From Polymyxa betae A26-41 (taxonomy: Eukaryota; Protista; Endomyxa: Phytomyxea): 58,870 bases of DNA. The translations under genes were made by a program, and so were the position numbers. The notes under the pieces are model-generated. The model was not told the origin of the DNA and ran no database searches. It saw only the letters and a list, made by a program, of their open reading frames with translations. Shown here in pieces: positions 26,750-41,152 of the stretch. The DNA is taken from NCBI GenBank assembly GCA_003693705.1, contig RBZT01000986.1, forward strand, positions 1 through 58,870. Reading direction: 5' to 3'. Within the stretch, counting starts at the first letter, position 1. Each line of letters opens with the position of its first letter.

Positions 26750-29700
26750 ATGTCCACCAAGCATCGAATTAATCGTCATGATCGTATCAATCATTATGGT
26801 ATAGATACTGTTAGTAGAATAATATGGACCAAATGGTAAGCTTGGCTTAGCCAAGGTCTTCCCCTTATTGATGGCATTGTTAGGGAGGTCGGTGGACGTT
26901 ATAATAAATCGCTGACGTTCAGAAATGTATCATCTGCAGCTAGAACTATACAGTATAATATACCAGATCTGAATGTATTCTATATGGAATTTCCTGAACC
27001 TGTTAAATTAAATCCAGGAATGTCATATACAACCCAGATCTCATTCCGACCTATTCACTACAAATCCTATCAAGATGTTATTCAGGTTCAGTATCAGATA
27101 GTCTGTATGGTCACTGTATACGTTAGTAACTATAGAGTTTAGGTTCATACAGATCTGGGTGATTTCGTTATTGGAATACATGCAGAAACTCTATCATTAA
27201 ATGTATCAATTCCAGATTCGATCGACTTTTCCTTCTGTCCAGTAACAAAATGACCTCTGTTATATTTCATTTAACATATCTATTAGGTTGGGATAAATTC
27301 CAGCCAGCAATTCTCAGTTATGAATTCATCGTTATGTGCAACAACAGTCAGTTGGAGTATTCAACAACCATTCTGTATCCGTCCTACATCTGCAAATATC
27401 TCACCTCAACAATCTCAAATATTCCACTGTTCTCTCCAACCTGATATTGCAGCTGTACATAAAGCTGAAGCACGTTGCACAGTATGAACCTTCTCTTAAA
27501 GATTGCGATTGTTGAATGAAAACGATGTTGGTAGATTACAGGAGCATCGGGAGTGGAATCTGAGACCCGATCTGTATCAGTTCAGGCTATCTCCAAGTAC
27601 GTGTCTGCCCTGGTCATACTGGTCCCGTCCGTTTGATATCACGCTGTAGATACGCCCATATCGAGGTTGATAGCGATCAGGTGGAATTCGGTCTGGTCCC
27701 ATTAGATCGACATGAATATCGATATATTACTATCAGGAATCTATCATTGGTTCCAGCTCACATACATTGCCAACGTTCAACCGCGGGTCAGCAGGATCCG
27801 TTCTGGCTCCAACTACCGGCTGATAATATCCCGGTCAGATCGGTGCGAAAGTCGTGCTGGTCCCTTGGCTGAGATCCTGTTTTTGATGACACAGATCGGT
27901 CCCGAATCGTCCGCAACGATAACGGTTCATTACAAAGCTGGACAATTAGGTCAGAGATCAGTCCAGCAGTTCCAGATTGGATGTACGGGCGGGAATACTG
28001 TCCCACTGATCTGTCGTGGGACAGGCCTTGGACCCAGTCTTCGTATTGAGCCTGAATATATCGATTTTAAAGACGTGAGATATGGGGCCATATTTGAAAG
28101 GGATTGTTAATAGAGATGTTGTAATCAGATTGAACTTGGGAATAGTTCGCATCAATCAGTAGTATTATGTAATGATTCAGAATATGTTCCTGTAAGATAT
28201 GAGATTATTGGAGGTTATGGTGTATTCCAATTAGGATCAAGATCTGGAGAGATCCAGCCCGGGCTATCCATTAATATTCGAGTAATATGAATAGTAGCTC
28301 ATTATATGCAGGATTGAATATCTGACTCTGCATTGAACAGATCCGATTCCGGCCCGATCAAGCTATCAATTACTATGAGAGATTGGAGATCTTAGTCTAC
28401 CAAGGCTCTCCTCTATTTGTTCACATGATTGCGACTTGTTTCAGTCGAGATATTCGTCCAGCTCAATTCACCATAGATCAGGTAACCAACATCTTGCTGA
28501 TATTTTCTATCTGCTCGGATACACAGTTCCAGTCTCATATCAACGTTCGTATTGATTCCGTGTTTTAGTTGAAACAATATCATCAACGTTGTGCTGTTAA
28601 TCTGGGTCTTGTATCACCTCAATCGCTTCAACATCGAATAGATCAATATCGGTATCTTTCTGCTTTATGTTTAAAGTACTTAATGAAAAAATTCATGAGA
28701 ATGTGCTTTTGACTTTGGGGCTCTTTTATGGTGTCATTTCTCAATTGCATATCTGACCTTGATATTAGAGACAAGATAGATTCGGCGCCGATCATCACGA
28801 ATCTGTCGCCGGGACCATCGCGATTTGATTCTTATTTCCGTGTAACCGAGATTAGAGCAGCTGAGATTGTTGAGTCCGGGATCGGTATTCAGTTCGGTTC
28901 ATGTCTGATTGCAGATGGAGTTAAGACCCGCCAAGTTCATGTTCAAAATCACACTGAAACAAAGGTGGGCTGAACCAGGTCGTTTCCTCTCAGTTTTACC
29001 GATTGAAAATGTTTCCAACAGATATCGATCATCTGGCACGATGAGGTTGTTCGGAATTCACTGTTCATAATCCGTCCCAAACGACAAGATATTCGACCGC
29101 AATCGTCGGCAGAATTCGAATTAGGGTTTCACCCGCAACATGATCATCGATACTATTCGAGGAATATCTCAGCTACCGTTTATTTCAAGGTCGTACTGTC
29201 TCACTCCATATGCTGTTCATAGCACAACTAACTGCAAATTCAGGTCAATCGCTCATTCCGATTAGTGACAGATTCGACATTTTGTCCACCTTGGAACTTG
29301 ATCGTTCCTGTATTCGGCAATACATTCAGCCATGGAGCTGAACATTTCTTCCCGGTTGGAGGATTCCATCCAGCTCATATTCAGCTACCTGCTGTTCGTC
29401 CTGGACAGGTATCATATGGGACTGTTCGTCTCGATAATCAAGGTCGGGGAACATTCAACTGAATTGTCTCAAATCCAATTGAATCGCTCAGGCAGTACGC
29501 CCATACATTTCCTGTTTACTCGGACTTCAACAGACGATGATATTCTGCAATTGAAACCCGGCTCAGGATGCGTTCGACCGAATGCTTTCGCCATCATCGC
29601 TCTGCGATTCTCTCCGAAACAGATCGGATCGGTCCATTTCGATTTTGAATGTGTAGTGAACTATACACAGAAATGGCTGTTAAATGTCACAGCAGAAGCA

Positions 29701-32700
29701 GAACAAGTTCTGGTCAAATTTCAACCGAAATCGACGATTTATTTCCCTCCATCTTGTCCAGGTCTTGAATCTGTTCCTCCATCTGTATGAATTTATTCAT
29801 GTTCAATGGCAGGTTCAATCAGTTCCAGATCTCAGACGATATCAAACATAACGCAAATTCCAGCTGCATTTCGCATCAATATTGATCAAGTTGGTGTCGT
29901 TTCAATTGTTCGTTCTTAAAGGGCTCATTGATTTGAAAGTCTTTACGCGATGTTCTGAAAGCTGAACCTGATCATGGATACATTCTGGGAAATGATTCAG
30001 TTGAGGTCGTCTGGTCGTTAAATCGACCGCATCAACAACGAATTGTATCCAAGGTCCAGTATATTGTTTCATGGGCCGTACTGTCTCCCAAAATCTGAAC
30101 TTGCACTAAGGTTATCTGCGATTTATTTCATGATCTGCACGACCAAGCTCCTTGCACGAGCATTCCATTAATGATAAAGGCGGATGCAGGACGATTGAGT
30201 GCAGATCTGGAATTGATTGATGCAGATGTGACATCTATCAGTATAGTTGGTGTATCATGCACACATCGATTACGGTTAATTAACAACAGTGATTGTGAAT
30301 TAATTTACAAATTGGATTGCAAGGTGATCATTCATTATGATATATCTTCACCATATGTATTATTGAGCTATGATGATCTTTAGATGTTATCTCAGCTTTC
30401 ATTCGATTACGATCTTCGTCTAGATCAAGATTCTGGTTCATTACCTGGACATGGATCTACTATTATTGATTGTATTATAACATTATGGGGTAGATCATCA
30501 TATCAGGTTTATATAGCATGCTCTGTGCCTTCTGCACACAATCAGGTTACTCACTGAATATTCCTAAATCCATGACCTAATATATACAGCAGATCTGCGA
30601 CATTACTGTATCGGGTGAGACAGTACTACCGAGTCTACAAATTGTCGATATATTCTCCGATGATATTCCTGTATCCAGTATGGACAAACTTGTATTGCCT
30701 GTTTATGTTTTCATTTAAACTTGTTAACTAACATGAGCTGTTTTAGTTCAGGCCTGATCTGATCAATATGTGTCTTAGCAATGACCTGTCTAAGTTTGAA
30801 TCTGATCTGGTAACATTACATTTCATATTTCTAAACCTCTGCCTCATCTGCATCAATGTAGCAAAAATTCGGTCCCAGTCCTGATCTATGCTGGACATCT
30901 GAATATATGTCTCAGGTTGATAGATATCATTTATTAACAGATTCGAACTGATTCACAACTCAGTATATACCGACTTATACATGTCGATTAATGCCAAGAT
31001 TATTGGGACATACCAGTACATGTACTGTAATTAGGTTACAGAATACTGGCCCAGTCCCGGTACAGCTTCAGATACATGGACCAACAGCATTAGATTTAGA
31101 TCATGAATTATGGGTGGATCCTGAACAGCGATCGGCTCAACAACAGCAGTATATTCAGGTCGGAGATTTGCACAAATATCTGATGCTAAACTTAATATGA
31201 TGCTCGTCAGATCATTAAGAATGAATTTGTTCGATTTGAGCCCGAACGTGCTCATATCGCTGTCAATGAATTCGTTGATATCGTGCTGACTTGTTCTCAT
31301 AGCCTTGTACAATCGGTAACGGTTTCGCATTGTTGTACTCAGGCAAATGATTGATTGGAATCATAACAGATTCAGCTTCCTCTTATATTTGACATATCAT
31401 TGGGAAAGAAGTTCATCTGTCATCTTTCAGTCGATACTGTGCTACACAATCTTCGAGCTGTCACTTTACTCGGTATTCGAGCGTATGGCGATCCTTGACG
31501 CTGATTAACGGATTACGTATTGTAGATCGATGTCATGAATTAGAGCCGATGCCAATTGGACTGCAAGAGCACAATGTATCCATACAACAAGTTCGGCTAC
31601 ACAACAACTGTGCTGTCCCCGTTCAATTCCAGATTAATGATGAAGAGTTCCTTCGAACAAACGAGACTGCTGTTGGATATCCTGTTCTGCAATGTTTAAC
31701 CAAACAGGGTGTCATTCAACCCAATGACGTAATCGATGTCGCAATCAAGTTCAGACCGCTGCAACCCATTACATACAGGTAATGCATTAACACTCGCTGT
31801 ATTGTTTTAACATCCTTTTTCTGAAATACAGATCTAAATTGGAAGTTGTTGTGCCCAATGGGACAACCGAACAATTTGAAATTACTGGACGTGGATTTGT
31901 GCCAGGAGCAAAGATTTGTAACACATTGAAATCTGTATATAATGCCACAATCCGTCCAGAGAATCGTTTAGCAGTTCTTTATCCCTATATCATCCAAACC
32001 GGGCAGATGTCTTTCAACAGCGTATCAATTAAACCTTTAAACGCGAAATCATTGCTCATTGGTTCTTCTAGAGCACTGAGCATATCGTATTTATCGAGAA
32101 CATATCTAATGACCAAATATGCTTTGAATTCTGCAAGGAGTCCAGGTTAAAAGAGCAACCGTTTTCTCCATTCAAGTTTGCTCATTCTGAAAGCAGAGCT
32201 TCTGATATTGACGTCAACATCGAAATCGAACCCAGGAAAGCAGTTCTGGATGCAGGTCAAAGAGTTCTGGTTCATGTTAACATCTCTGCTGGATCTATCA
32301 TACAACGATTATCGAAGTTGATTCGAATTTGTTTTTGTCGGGTGTCCCAACAATCAGGACTTGACTCTCAACCAAATTTGGGAAAAATGTTTGATTTCAG
32401 GTTTGGAATCTTTGATCTGTGTTAAGCCAGAATCCTTGATTGTACTAGGAGGGAAGGGTTGGCATATCATAACACAATACGATCTCGAATGGCATCCAAA
32501 ACTCTCTTTAAACCGATCGATACCTCTCGAGTAATCTTCTGCTATTTATTGACCAGAGTTTCTGACTTAAATCTCACAGGAATGGAGTATCAATAACCAA
32601 CTACAGAAACCATTGATGTCGTCTTCACTGTGGCTGGAAATTCAAGGCGATATAACCGCAGCTCCTGTTGAATCTTTACCTCCTTTCGTCCCTCTAATTA

Positions 32701-33227
32701 CCGATTTTAACAGTCAACGTAAACGGATGGACATTAGATGGGTTAGTGGATATTCCTAACAACTTTTACAGAGACCTCTGGGATGGATTTACAACAACAG
32801 AAATCCATGGTCTATTCATTTCTAGGCGACATGATTTCGAAGAAGCAGTATCAACCGATTCCTGGTGCTCGCCAGTTGATTCCTTTCTTTGTACATCTGC
32901 CAGACGGGCCATTACTTAATCCAACTGAGACGGCTCAAGACCTTGAAGGATATGTTGGAGAGAAATTGTTGCAGCATCGCGTCAGGTACGATGGTCGGGT
33001 ATTTCATTGGAATACGTTTTAATGGAGGTTGCAGAACTACAGCTGAGTCTCGGCCAACACATCAGAAATCTACAGAGACATTTCTGCATGATTCGTCGTT
33101 CTATAGGACAGCCCAGCAGTTAATTAATGAGATAATGTTGGATCTGATTCACGATATTGATAATGAGGAGTTTAAAATCGACACACCTCCAAAACAAATT
33201 GTCGTGAAAGGGTTAGTATTTAAGTAG
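26750..33227 (+). CDS. CFAP65: cilia- and flagella-associated protein 65 (CCDC108)-like; many introns
   Basis: N-terminus YGIDTV..WTKWEVG..LTFRNVS..FPEPVKLNPGMSY..FRPI matches the recalled CFAP65 pattern. Repeated Ig-like ASH/MSP-type modules (IDF..V, L.N.G..P) and FCPPW motif. Confidence 0.8.
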
Positions 33228-33270
33228 GAATGATAAACGAAACGGTCAATCGAACGATAACTGGATTATA

Positions 33271-34474
33271 TTACATTGGGGATGATTTAGCAATGTTACT
33301 AAACCTTTCACTGCTCTCACGAACGAATTGGTTTAATGGTCCATCTTTAGAGAAGAGCTTGATGAAGTCCTCAATAAGCTCTTTGGAGTTATCAACCCAA
33401 AATCCAATACTGTCTTGGATCTCTTTCACGTTATCTTTGATGTTGTTTTTTATTTCATCAACCTTGCTTACAGCTCAGAAATAGGACAGAAATACTAGCG
33501 CAGAACTGACCTGTTTGACAACCTTTTCAGCCATTTGAATTCGTTTTTCTCTTAAGAAAGAGACACCCATTTCTTGTCGCGAAATACCCCGAGCTAGGTT
33601 TCGGCGAACTGGAAAAAATGAAATTTATATAATGAATGATTGTGTCAAGCTTACCAAAGCTGTCATAATCCTTTACAATTCTGTTTATAATGTCAGTCGT
33701 TGAGATGCCATCGGTCCTGAAGCCATAATTTAAAACTAATGATAACAACAACGTCGACAAGAATGTGACCTTTCAGTGGCAACAAACATTCCTTTCTCCT
33801 TCACGAACGCATATACATCACTACTTGCACCAGATGCATCAGGATATGGAAGGTCATCATGAGCTACATAATCGATCTTATGCTGCTCGAGAAAATCCAT
33901 TGTCAGAACCCTGTTAAAAATTAACAACATAAGTCGATTGAAACTGATCAAACTACGAGATACCAGGGCGAATCTTCAATAATTTCATCGACCCATTTAC
34001 AATGGCGGACTGATTCGTATCTTTCTCTTTCATTCATGACAGTCCTACCCTTATATTTATGGGTCACAGCATCCGAACATACACTAAACATCAAACAATC
34101 AAAAATCATGAAAGCATCAATAAAGAGAGATTACCCAACGATAAGATGAACCTCATGACCAGGGAATATATTCTTGGCCTGTTCAAGTTGTCGCGCATGA
34201 CCGAAATGGAATAAATCGAAAATACCATCAGCTACGCGTCGTAATTAACCGATAGATACAGCCATAAAGACAGGAACTAACCAAAGACACGAACTGGCCG
34301 GCCTTGAGGCAATTCATTCATGGGGGCTCTGGCGGTCGGAAGCAGTGTGGTTGTTCTCTGCTTCTTACGAGCCGGTGACGGTGTCCTATTGGGGGATCGT
34401 GTCGACGACTCAGGTGACGACGATGGTGATCGGCGATTAGCAGATCGAGATCTACCAGTTGACTTGTGCGACAT
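33271..34474 (-). CDS. PCYT1: CTP:phosphocholine cytidylyltransferase; multi-exon
   Basis: [26 protein letters not shown] (HxGH), [36 protein letters not shown] and an amphipathic C-terminal helix. Confidence 0.95.
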
Positions 34475-34759
34475 GATGATTAATATCAATGAGTGCCTTG
34501 CAGTTGCCTATTATTGATTCAGCCATAAAACACAATACAAGTTACGCTACCACACACGGTATCATCGGTCGCTCTCTCATAATCTCATACTTTTAATCAC
34601 TCTCTATCTCTAATTATCAATCCATTTTCATAAGCAAAGCTTCTTTATTCCAAACACAATACATGAAGACGAAGATGTTGTCATCGCGCGTGCCCATCCG
34701 AAAGCCCAGGCCCGTGCCTTGGTCATGCTGCCAATCGTGAAACCGTTTAATTCTTCAAC

Positions 34760-36365
34760 ATGGTTTGGGCTGTTCTCGTTATCGCCAGCTTCCTGTTTAG
34801 CGTCGTCGATTCCCAATGCGATACAACAGTGACCGGAAATCAGCTTCGTGATTGTCCAATGACAAGTTACGATGGGAGCTCTGGCACCATTGACCTTTAT
34901 CTGGTGCCATTCCTGTTCAATACTGTTGGTGGTAGTTACATGACCCGAGCATTTGCTGGCACCGATAAAGTTGCTTCAATACCCGGCCCTGTTATACATC
35001 TTAAGCAGAACAAGAAGCTTAAAGTTACTTTGCATAACATGCTGGGATCGGATCAGATTCCAAAAGGAAATCAAATGAATGGTTTGTTTGAACCAAACAC
35101 CACCAACCTACATACACATGGATTGCACGTTGGTGCTGAAGAACCTCAAGATAATGTCGAACTACGAGTAAGCATTATGGATGAAGCGTTCAATGCTTTT
35201 TTCTAAGGTAGTACAGATTAAGCCGGGCCAGTCCTATCCTTATGAATATGACATCGGTGCTCATGGTAGTGGAACGTTCTTCTATCATCCTCATGCTCAT
35301 GGCTCTGTCACTGATCAACTTGGTGGTGGTGCATTTGGCGTTCTAATAGTGGATGACGAGCCCACCAATTCTCCTTATGATTTCATCAAACAGATGCCAG
35401 AGATCCAGGTCTCAATCTGGAATTTCGCTCCTTTAGCTCAAGCATTGGTTGCTGCTGATAGTGATGATACTCTCTTCCAGCAAGTTAGTGGTGCTGCCCA
35501 ATCCAAGCTAATGGTGGTAAATGGGTTTATCCAGCCCAATATTAAGCAGAATGCTGGTCAATGGTATCGCTGGCGTATTCAGTATACTTCATCATCATCA
35601 ACGTTAACAGCAACATTAACGGGATGCCAATTTCTGTTATTAGCTTTAGATGGAGTTTGGCTCAACGCTCCTCGAACTGTCACACAATTACAATTCTTCC
35701 AGCCATCACGAATTGATGTTGCTGTAAACTGTCCAGCTGGTGGCCCATATAATTTCATTGATGCCTCAATGACAGGAACCCCTGTTCTTACTGTCTCTAT
35801 CGATACCATTGCTGAATCAGCACCCACCGTGCTAGACCTAGCCAAATGGTCTAACCCTCGGCCTGCTTATTTGCAAGATACTACAACATTAACAGCTAAC
35901 GATCTGGCTAACTCTTCATTCGCAATCTTGATTACGGGAACTGAAACTCGTCTCATGAATGGACGATCATTTGCCGGGGCTGATAGATCCAAGGCGCTAC
36001 ATTATATGAAGCCCAATACTGTTGAGGAATGGACTTTCAATGTTGATCAACATCCAATTCATATCCACATAGCTCCGTTCCAGTTACAAGCTGATTCTCC
36101 AGATGGATATTACAAAGCAGGAGATTGGCTAGATACATATATGGGTACAGGTGCTATGAGAGTTCGAAGTCGAATAGGCAATTTTAATGGAGCTGTTGTT
36201 ATGCATTGTCATGTCAGTCAACATGCTGATCAAGGTTTGACTGGAATTATGTGGATTGATGGAACGTCACAAGCTCGATCTCCACGTAGCTATTCTGTTG
36301 CACTAGTTCCATCTCTGGTCACTATATTTGCCTTCATTGCGTCCATCGTGTATGTTCTCACATAA
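34760..36365 (+). CDS. secreted three-domain multicopper oxidase with C-terminal hydrophobic anchor; intron 35168-35216
   Basis: Signal peptide. All four Cu motifs present: NLHTHG, YHPHAHG, HPIHIH and HCHVSQH. Ends in ALVPSLVTIFAFIASIVYVLT-stop. Confidence 0.93.
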
Positions 36366-37660
36366 TCAAGACACATTTGTTTGTTGTGCATAAAACTGCA
36401 ATTGATGTTGCATAGTCTCCAATAAGATTTGCTTTTTCAGTAGCTGTATTGGGACCTATTGGTTAGTACGAAGAGGCCAAGACTACCCACAATAAGGCAG
36501 GTTTCCTATGATCCCTTCCAATCTAAGCCACAAAGGTTGTTCTAATATCGCAGCACCGTTTGATAACCATAATATTGGTTACAGCGGAAATCTCTAGATA
36601 ATGGTGGGCGCAAGATTTTTAATCGCCAAACCGATACCAATTGGTTGCTTGAAGGATAAACAGATGTCGAGGAGCATCCAGCTAACCTGGTTCTACGTAG
36701 TTCTCCTTGATTGCTCCATCGTTATATCATTGATGAACCGTCTTTTATAATCCTGACTTCCCTGAAATCGATGGGTGTTAAAATCCACGTGTGCATACAT
36801 GCATCTGTTAATAAACCACGTTGAATGCAGAACATAACGTAGGTATACAGAATTGCCCTGATATAGTGATATTGAGACCACGCATCAGTGCATCACGCAA
36901 AACTCTTCCACATTCATATAGAGGTGGGCTGGTCATTTGATGACGAGCCCGTTCCTATATCTTTGAGAATGGTGTCTTGGCTATTCAAGTCGTCAGTGCT
37001 AGACTGGAATTAGTCAGATTACATCACCAAAGATTGTTTGACGCTAATGAGCGAGTTTTCGTCCAAAACAATGACTTCAGGCTCTGAATCCGCGTCTACA
37101 TTCTGTATTATAACTACTTGATCTTATCTGAAGCGATTTTAAATCACTTATGATAATAATATGCTAACTGAGCTTCGGCAGTGATGTTGCTCAAGTTGTT
37201 TTGTTTTCAGAATTGTGAATCCATGAGCTTGCATTTTGATCGAAAACTTTGCTCGAAAATAAAGTATTATAACTATCATGTCAGTTATGTCACTGATCAG
37301 GATTCATTTTCAAAAAGTTAGATGTACATGTAGTTTTGTACTGTTTTCATTCAGGAAGGAATGAGAATGCAGAAATTGAGACTCAAACTCAGGTGATCTG
37401 CCTCACTGGAATTCTGCAATATAGATGATGTCTGCATGTTTCTAATGAAACATATAAATAAATGAGGTTTCTCACAGTATTCAAATTTTGCAGATTGGAT
37501 CGCGAAGGTCGATCGGTTTCAAGGCGTACCACGTTGCAATGTTCTTTTATCGTCTCGCGTAACTGGCTTATCTAGTTAAATGAGCTGAAGAGTAACTAGA
37601 ATGGCTTGGGCAGGTTCGTAATATCGCCATCAACGATAGATAACTCAGACAGCAACACTA

Positions 37661-40600
37661 ATGACAGATTTTGAGAACGTTGAAGTCTCATATAAGCAGC
37701 TGGTGGAAGATAATGAATCTATAACGAGAGAGAATCCAGAAAGGGGGACCTTGAGAGAGCAGATTCAATTTGTGGAGAAAATACCACTGAAAGGACGATA
37801 CTTTCGAGAAATCCGAAAGTTGCTTGCAATCATCAAGTAATCAGGTTGTACAAAATGAAAACGTTTCGAACTAACCTTGATTCACAAAGATACAATGTTG
37901 ATTTCATAGACCTGATTGCTTCCGCTTGTCTAAAAATTAGAGTAATTTGAACTAGAGACAGTTAGTATCATTTTCAAGATGTCTCGCAGGCTTTATGTCG
38001 AGATTATGCAGGAGCTCAAGAACATGCCCGAGAACTGATTCGTGGCCGTGTTTGTGTGCATTTGTTAGCAGCTATGGACAGACACGAAGGCAATCGAGAG
38101 GGCCCTGGATATCAACAAGGTCATCCTGAATCAAAGTCTCGATTGCTGCATTGCATCGGTACAATTCTCTCTACACCCATTTCCTACGAAAGTCATTGAC
38201 GAATTGACCAGCCGAAGCCGTCCATAGCTTGTCATTTAATGTTGAACGAGGGGTATTCGTGGAATGGTTCGATCTGAGCATTCAGGCCCAACTCCTAGAT
38301 CATATTGTGAATGGAATGAAGCAACATCCAGAACATCTCCCCTTACATGTATCTTAATATCGACTAAACTGATTGCTAAAGATTCATTAAGTGCTGTTTT
38401 AGATCAGCGGGACATGGACAATGTTAAATCTCTGCTATCTCCACAAAGCAAACCAAAAGAAGGTTAACTGAACTTGCATCTATTTCCAGCAAACCTTGAT
38501 CTAGGCTCAGGTTGAAGAACTACGCGGAATGGAGTTGGTAATTGAATCGATGAAGAAGTGGAGCTCTGAATGTCAGATTCAAGATAAAGGATGTGGAATG
38601 ATTCGTAATATGGCTGATATTGGTCAACAACAATCCGAATACACTACAAACGCACTCAATCAAGTAATGTTACCATTATTAGGCATCTATCTGTCCACCT
38701 TGAATATAATATCAATGTCTCACATTAGGTATTACAAGCATTGGATTCATTCCAGGATGAACCATCAGTTGTGGCAAATTCCATTGGCGCTATACGGAAT
38801 CTGGCATTCAATGCCCTTAGCCGAGACCAGATTTGCAAGCTTGGAGGGCTGAAACAGATTTTGACTGCTATGGAGAATCATGTTCATTCAGATTTAGTTC
38901 AGGTCTTTGATCATTTAGCTGTCGCTATAAACCTTACTCTGCAGATAGGAATTCGGATTGGAGACGATTTGGAACCTGTGCACACATCCCGATTTTCGAA
39001 GCAGATTTGTTAACACTCCTGTTGTATCTGTTATCAGGAATGCTGTGCGTTCACATAAATGGTACTTTTGGCTCTTGCATAACCTGCATATTATCAATCA
39101 AGTTATTTAGGGATACAAGAATCGCTACAGAGGCCTTACAGGCGATATCGTATCTTGCATTAGATGGAGATTTAAGAACGATGTTGCTACATCAAGATAC
39201 CATGAAGATGGTGATGGATGTATTATCACGCTTTTCGAATGTTTTCAGTGTCCAGGAGAAAGTAGTGCCTTAATTGAACTATGGCAGTTTCGCTAAAGTA
39301 TCAGTAGGGAATGCAAGCCCTGCTGATATTTAGCCAGCATGAGACATGCCATAAGCGTCTCATTAAACATCGGATAATTGGCCGGGTTTTGCAAGCAATG
39401 AAGCAGCATACTTTGATCAGCAAATTACAGCAAGACGCAATGGGAATACTTCTGAATCTATCTATGAAATGTCAGATTGGTTATTGAATAGTCATTTGAT
39501 TGATAATAACATCATCGAATAGGCGACATCGGGACGAGAATCATGGATAAAGGAGGCCTAATTCGTATTCTAAAAGTATTAGATCTACATCATGGAGATG
39601 CTACTATTCAACAACGTGGCTGTGGAGTACTGAGTCTGCTTTCGGCAATTCGTCAGTTTATCACAATGAAATTGTATAGCTTGGTTTCTGACAATCATTT
39701 TAGCTGATAATAATCGTCGTGCATTGATAGCCAAGAAAGGCGGCATATCGGCAGTAATCAGAGCCATGTCCGAACATTTAACTGTTAGCCATGTTCAACA
39801 ATATGGCTGTGATGTCTTAGCCAATCTAGCCCTGAATGGTTTGGAACTTCATTGCGCTTTGAATCGTTCCTAATACAGGTCTTTCAGGGTACAGCCAAAT
39901 TCAGATTCCAATTCGAGGAGGAATTGATCAGATTGTTCAATGTATGAAAATGCAAGGCAATGAAATAGGCGTGATGGAAAGGGCGTGTGCAGCATTATGG
40001 AATTTATCAGTTACTGGTAATAGAAATTCACTATAGAAAGATATGTGTTCAGTGTGACTAGTTCGTAATCAAGAGAAAATTCTTGCTGCTGGTGCCATTG
40101 ATCTTCTATTCAAATGTTTACGAGACCATGCTGAACACGAAAATCTCCAATATAATTGCTGTGGAGCTCTGCGAAATCTGTCACTGCTAGCTTCGATTCG
40201 GTTAGTTTCGCAGATATGGTTATAATCTGTTTAACATGATTATCAGCGATGAATTACGATCGCTAAACGTATTTCCATATCTGGTTGCCACGATGATGCG
40301 GCATCAGAAATCCCTAAGTTTACAGCAAGAAGCATGTGGCGCTGTTGTTCATTTATGCTTAGCACCTGCAAATCGAAAGGTCTTCAGAAAAGTTTGACCT
40401 TATGAAAACTATCTCAAACTGTTTAGTCGTTTGCACAAGTGGATATATTCACTTGTATTCGACATGCTATGCTTAATCATGAAACCGATCATCGTTTACA
40501 GAATCACTGTATTGGTGCTTTGCTGAATCTTACACTTGACGGTAAGAGTAGCAATATTAACGCATTGATGTTGAGTGTGACATGATAATTTAGATGAAAA

Positions 40601-40940
40601 CAAATGTAAAATATTAGAAAATAGTGATACCATAAAGACAGTATTGGATGTAATGAGACGGTACCCAACTTGGGAGCTCATTCAAGAGAGATCCATAAGA
40701 ATACTGCTTCATTGCTCATCAAGAGGTATACACCATAACATCAGTGGTTCAAAATCTTATACACATTTAGCTGAAAACGTTCCAAAACTCAAAGATCTGG
40801 AAGTGGACCGATGGGTCAATCGAGCCGTCAAGAATCTCTGGCGGATTGATAGTATTGTGAGATTCGCAACGGAGACACTGAACAATATCGGAGCCAAGGT
40901 AAACCCTGACATTGTCGTCCCCGGCGATAAGGAGCAATAA
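37661..40940 (+). CDS. armadillo-repeat protein; many introns
   Basis: Repeated GG+..+..AM..H....VQ..GC.AL.NL units, e.g. GGLKQILTAMENH, GGISAVIRAMSEH, ERACAALWNLS and YNCCGALRNLS. Confidence 0.85.
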
Positions 40941-41152
40941 ACAAACAACATTACATGAACAACTATAGAAAATCTAAAATTGAAATGCCCAAAGTATGTT
41001 TTGTAACTAAAATATGCGTCAGTGTCAAACGACGAACGCAGCCCACTGCTGTTTCACCCTTTCCTTTCATCGACTTTGGGCATCTTCACAATTTATTCTG
41101 CTGCCAAGACTGCCCGGGTCGTTGGCAGCATTGTTTTGACCAGCCAACTGAC

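Noticed and set aside
36580-37480. Second pogo-like element (tacagcggaaatctct ... gaggtttctcacagta)
   Set aside because: Ends match poorly and no convincing transposase motif lies inside
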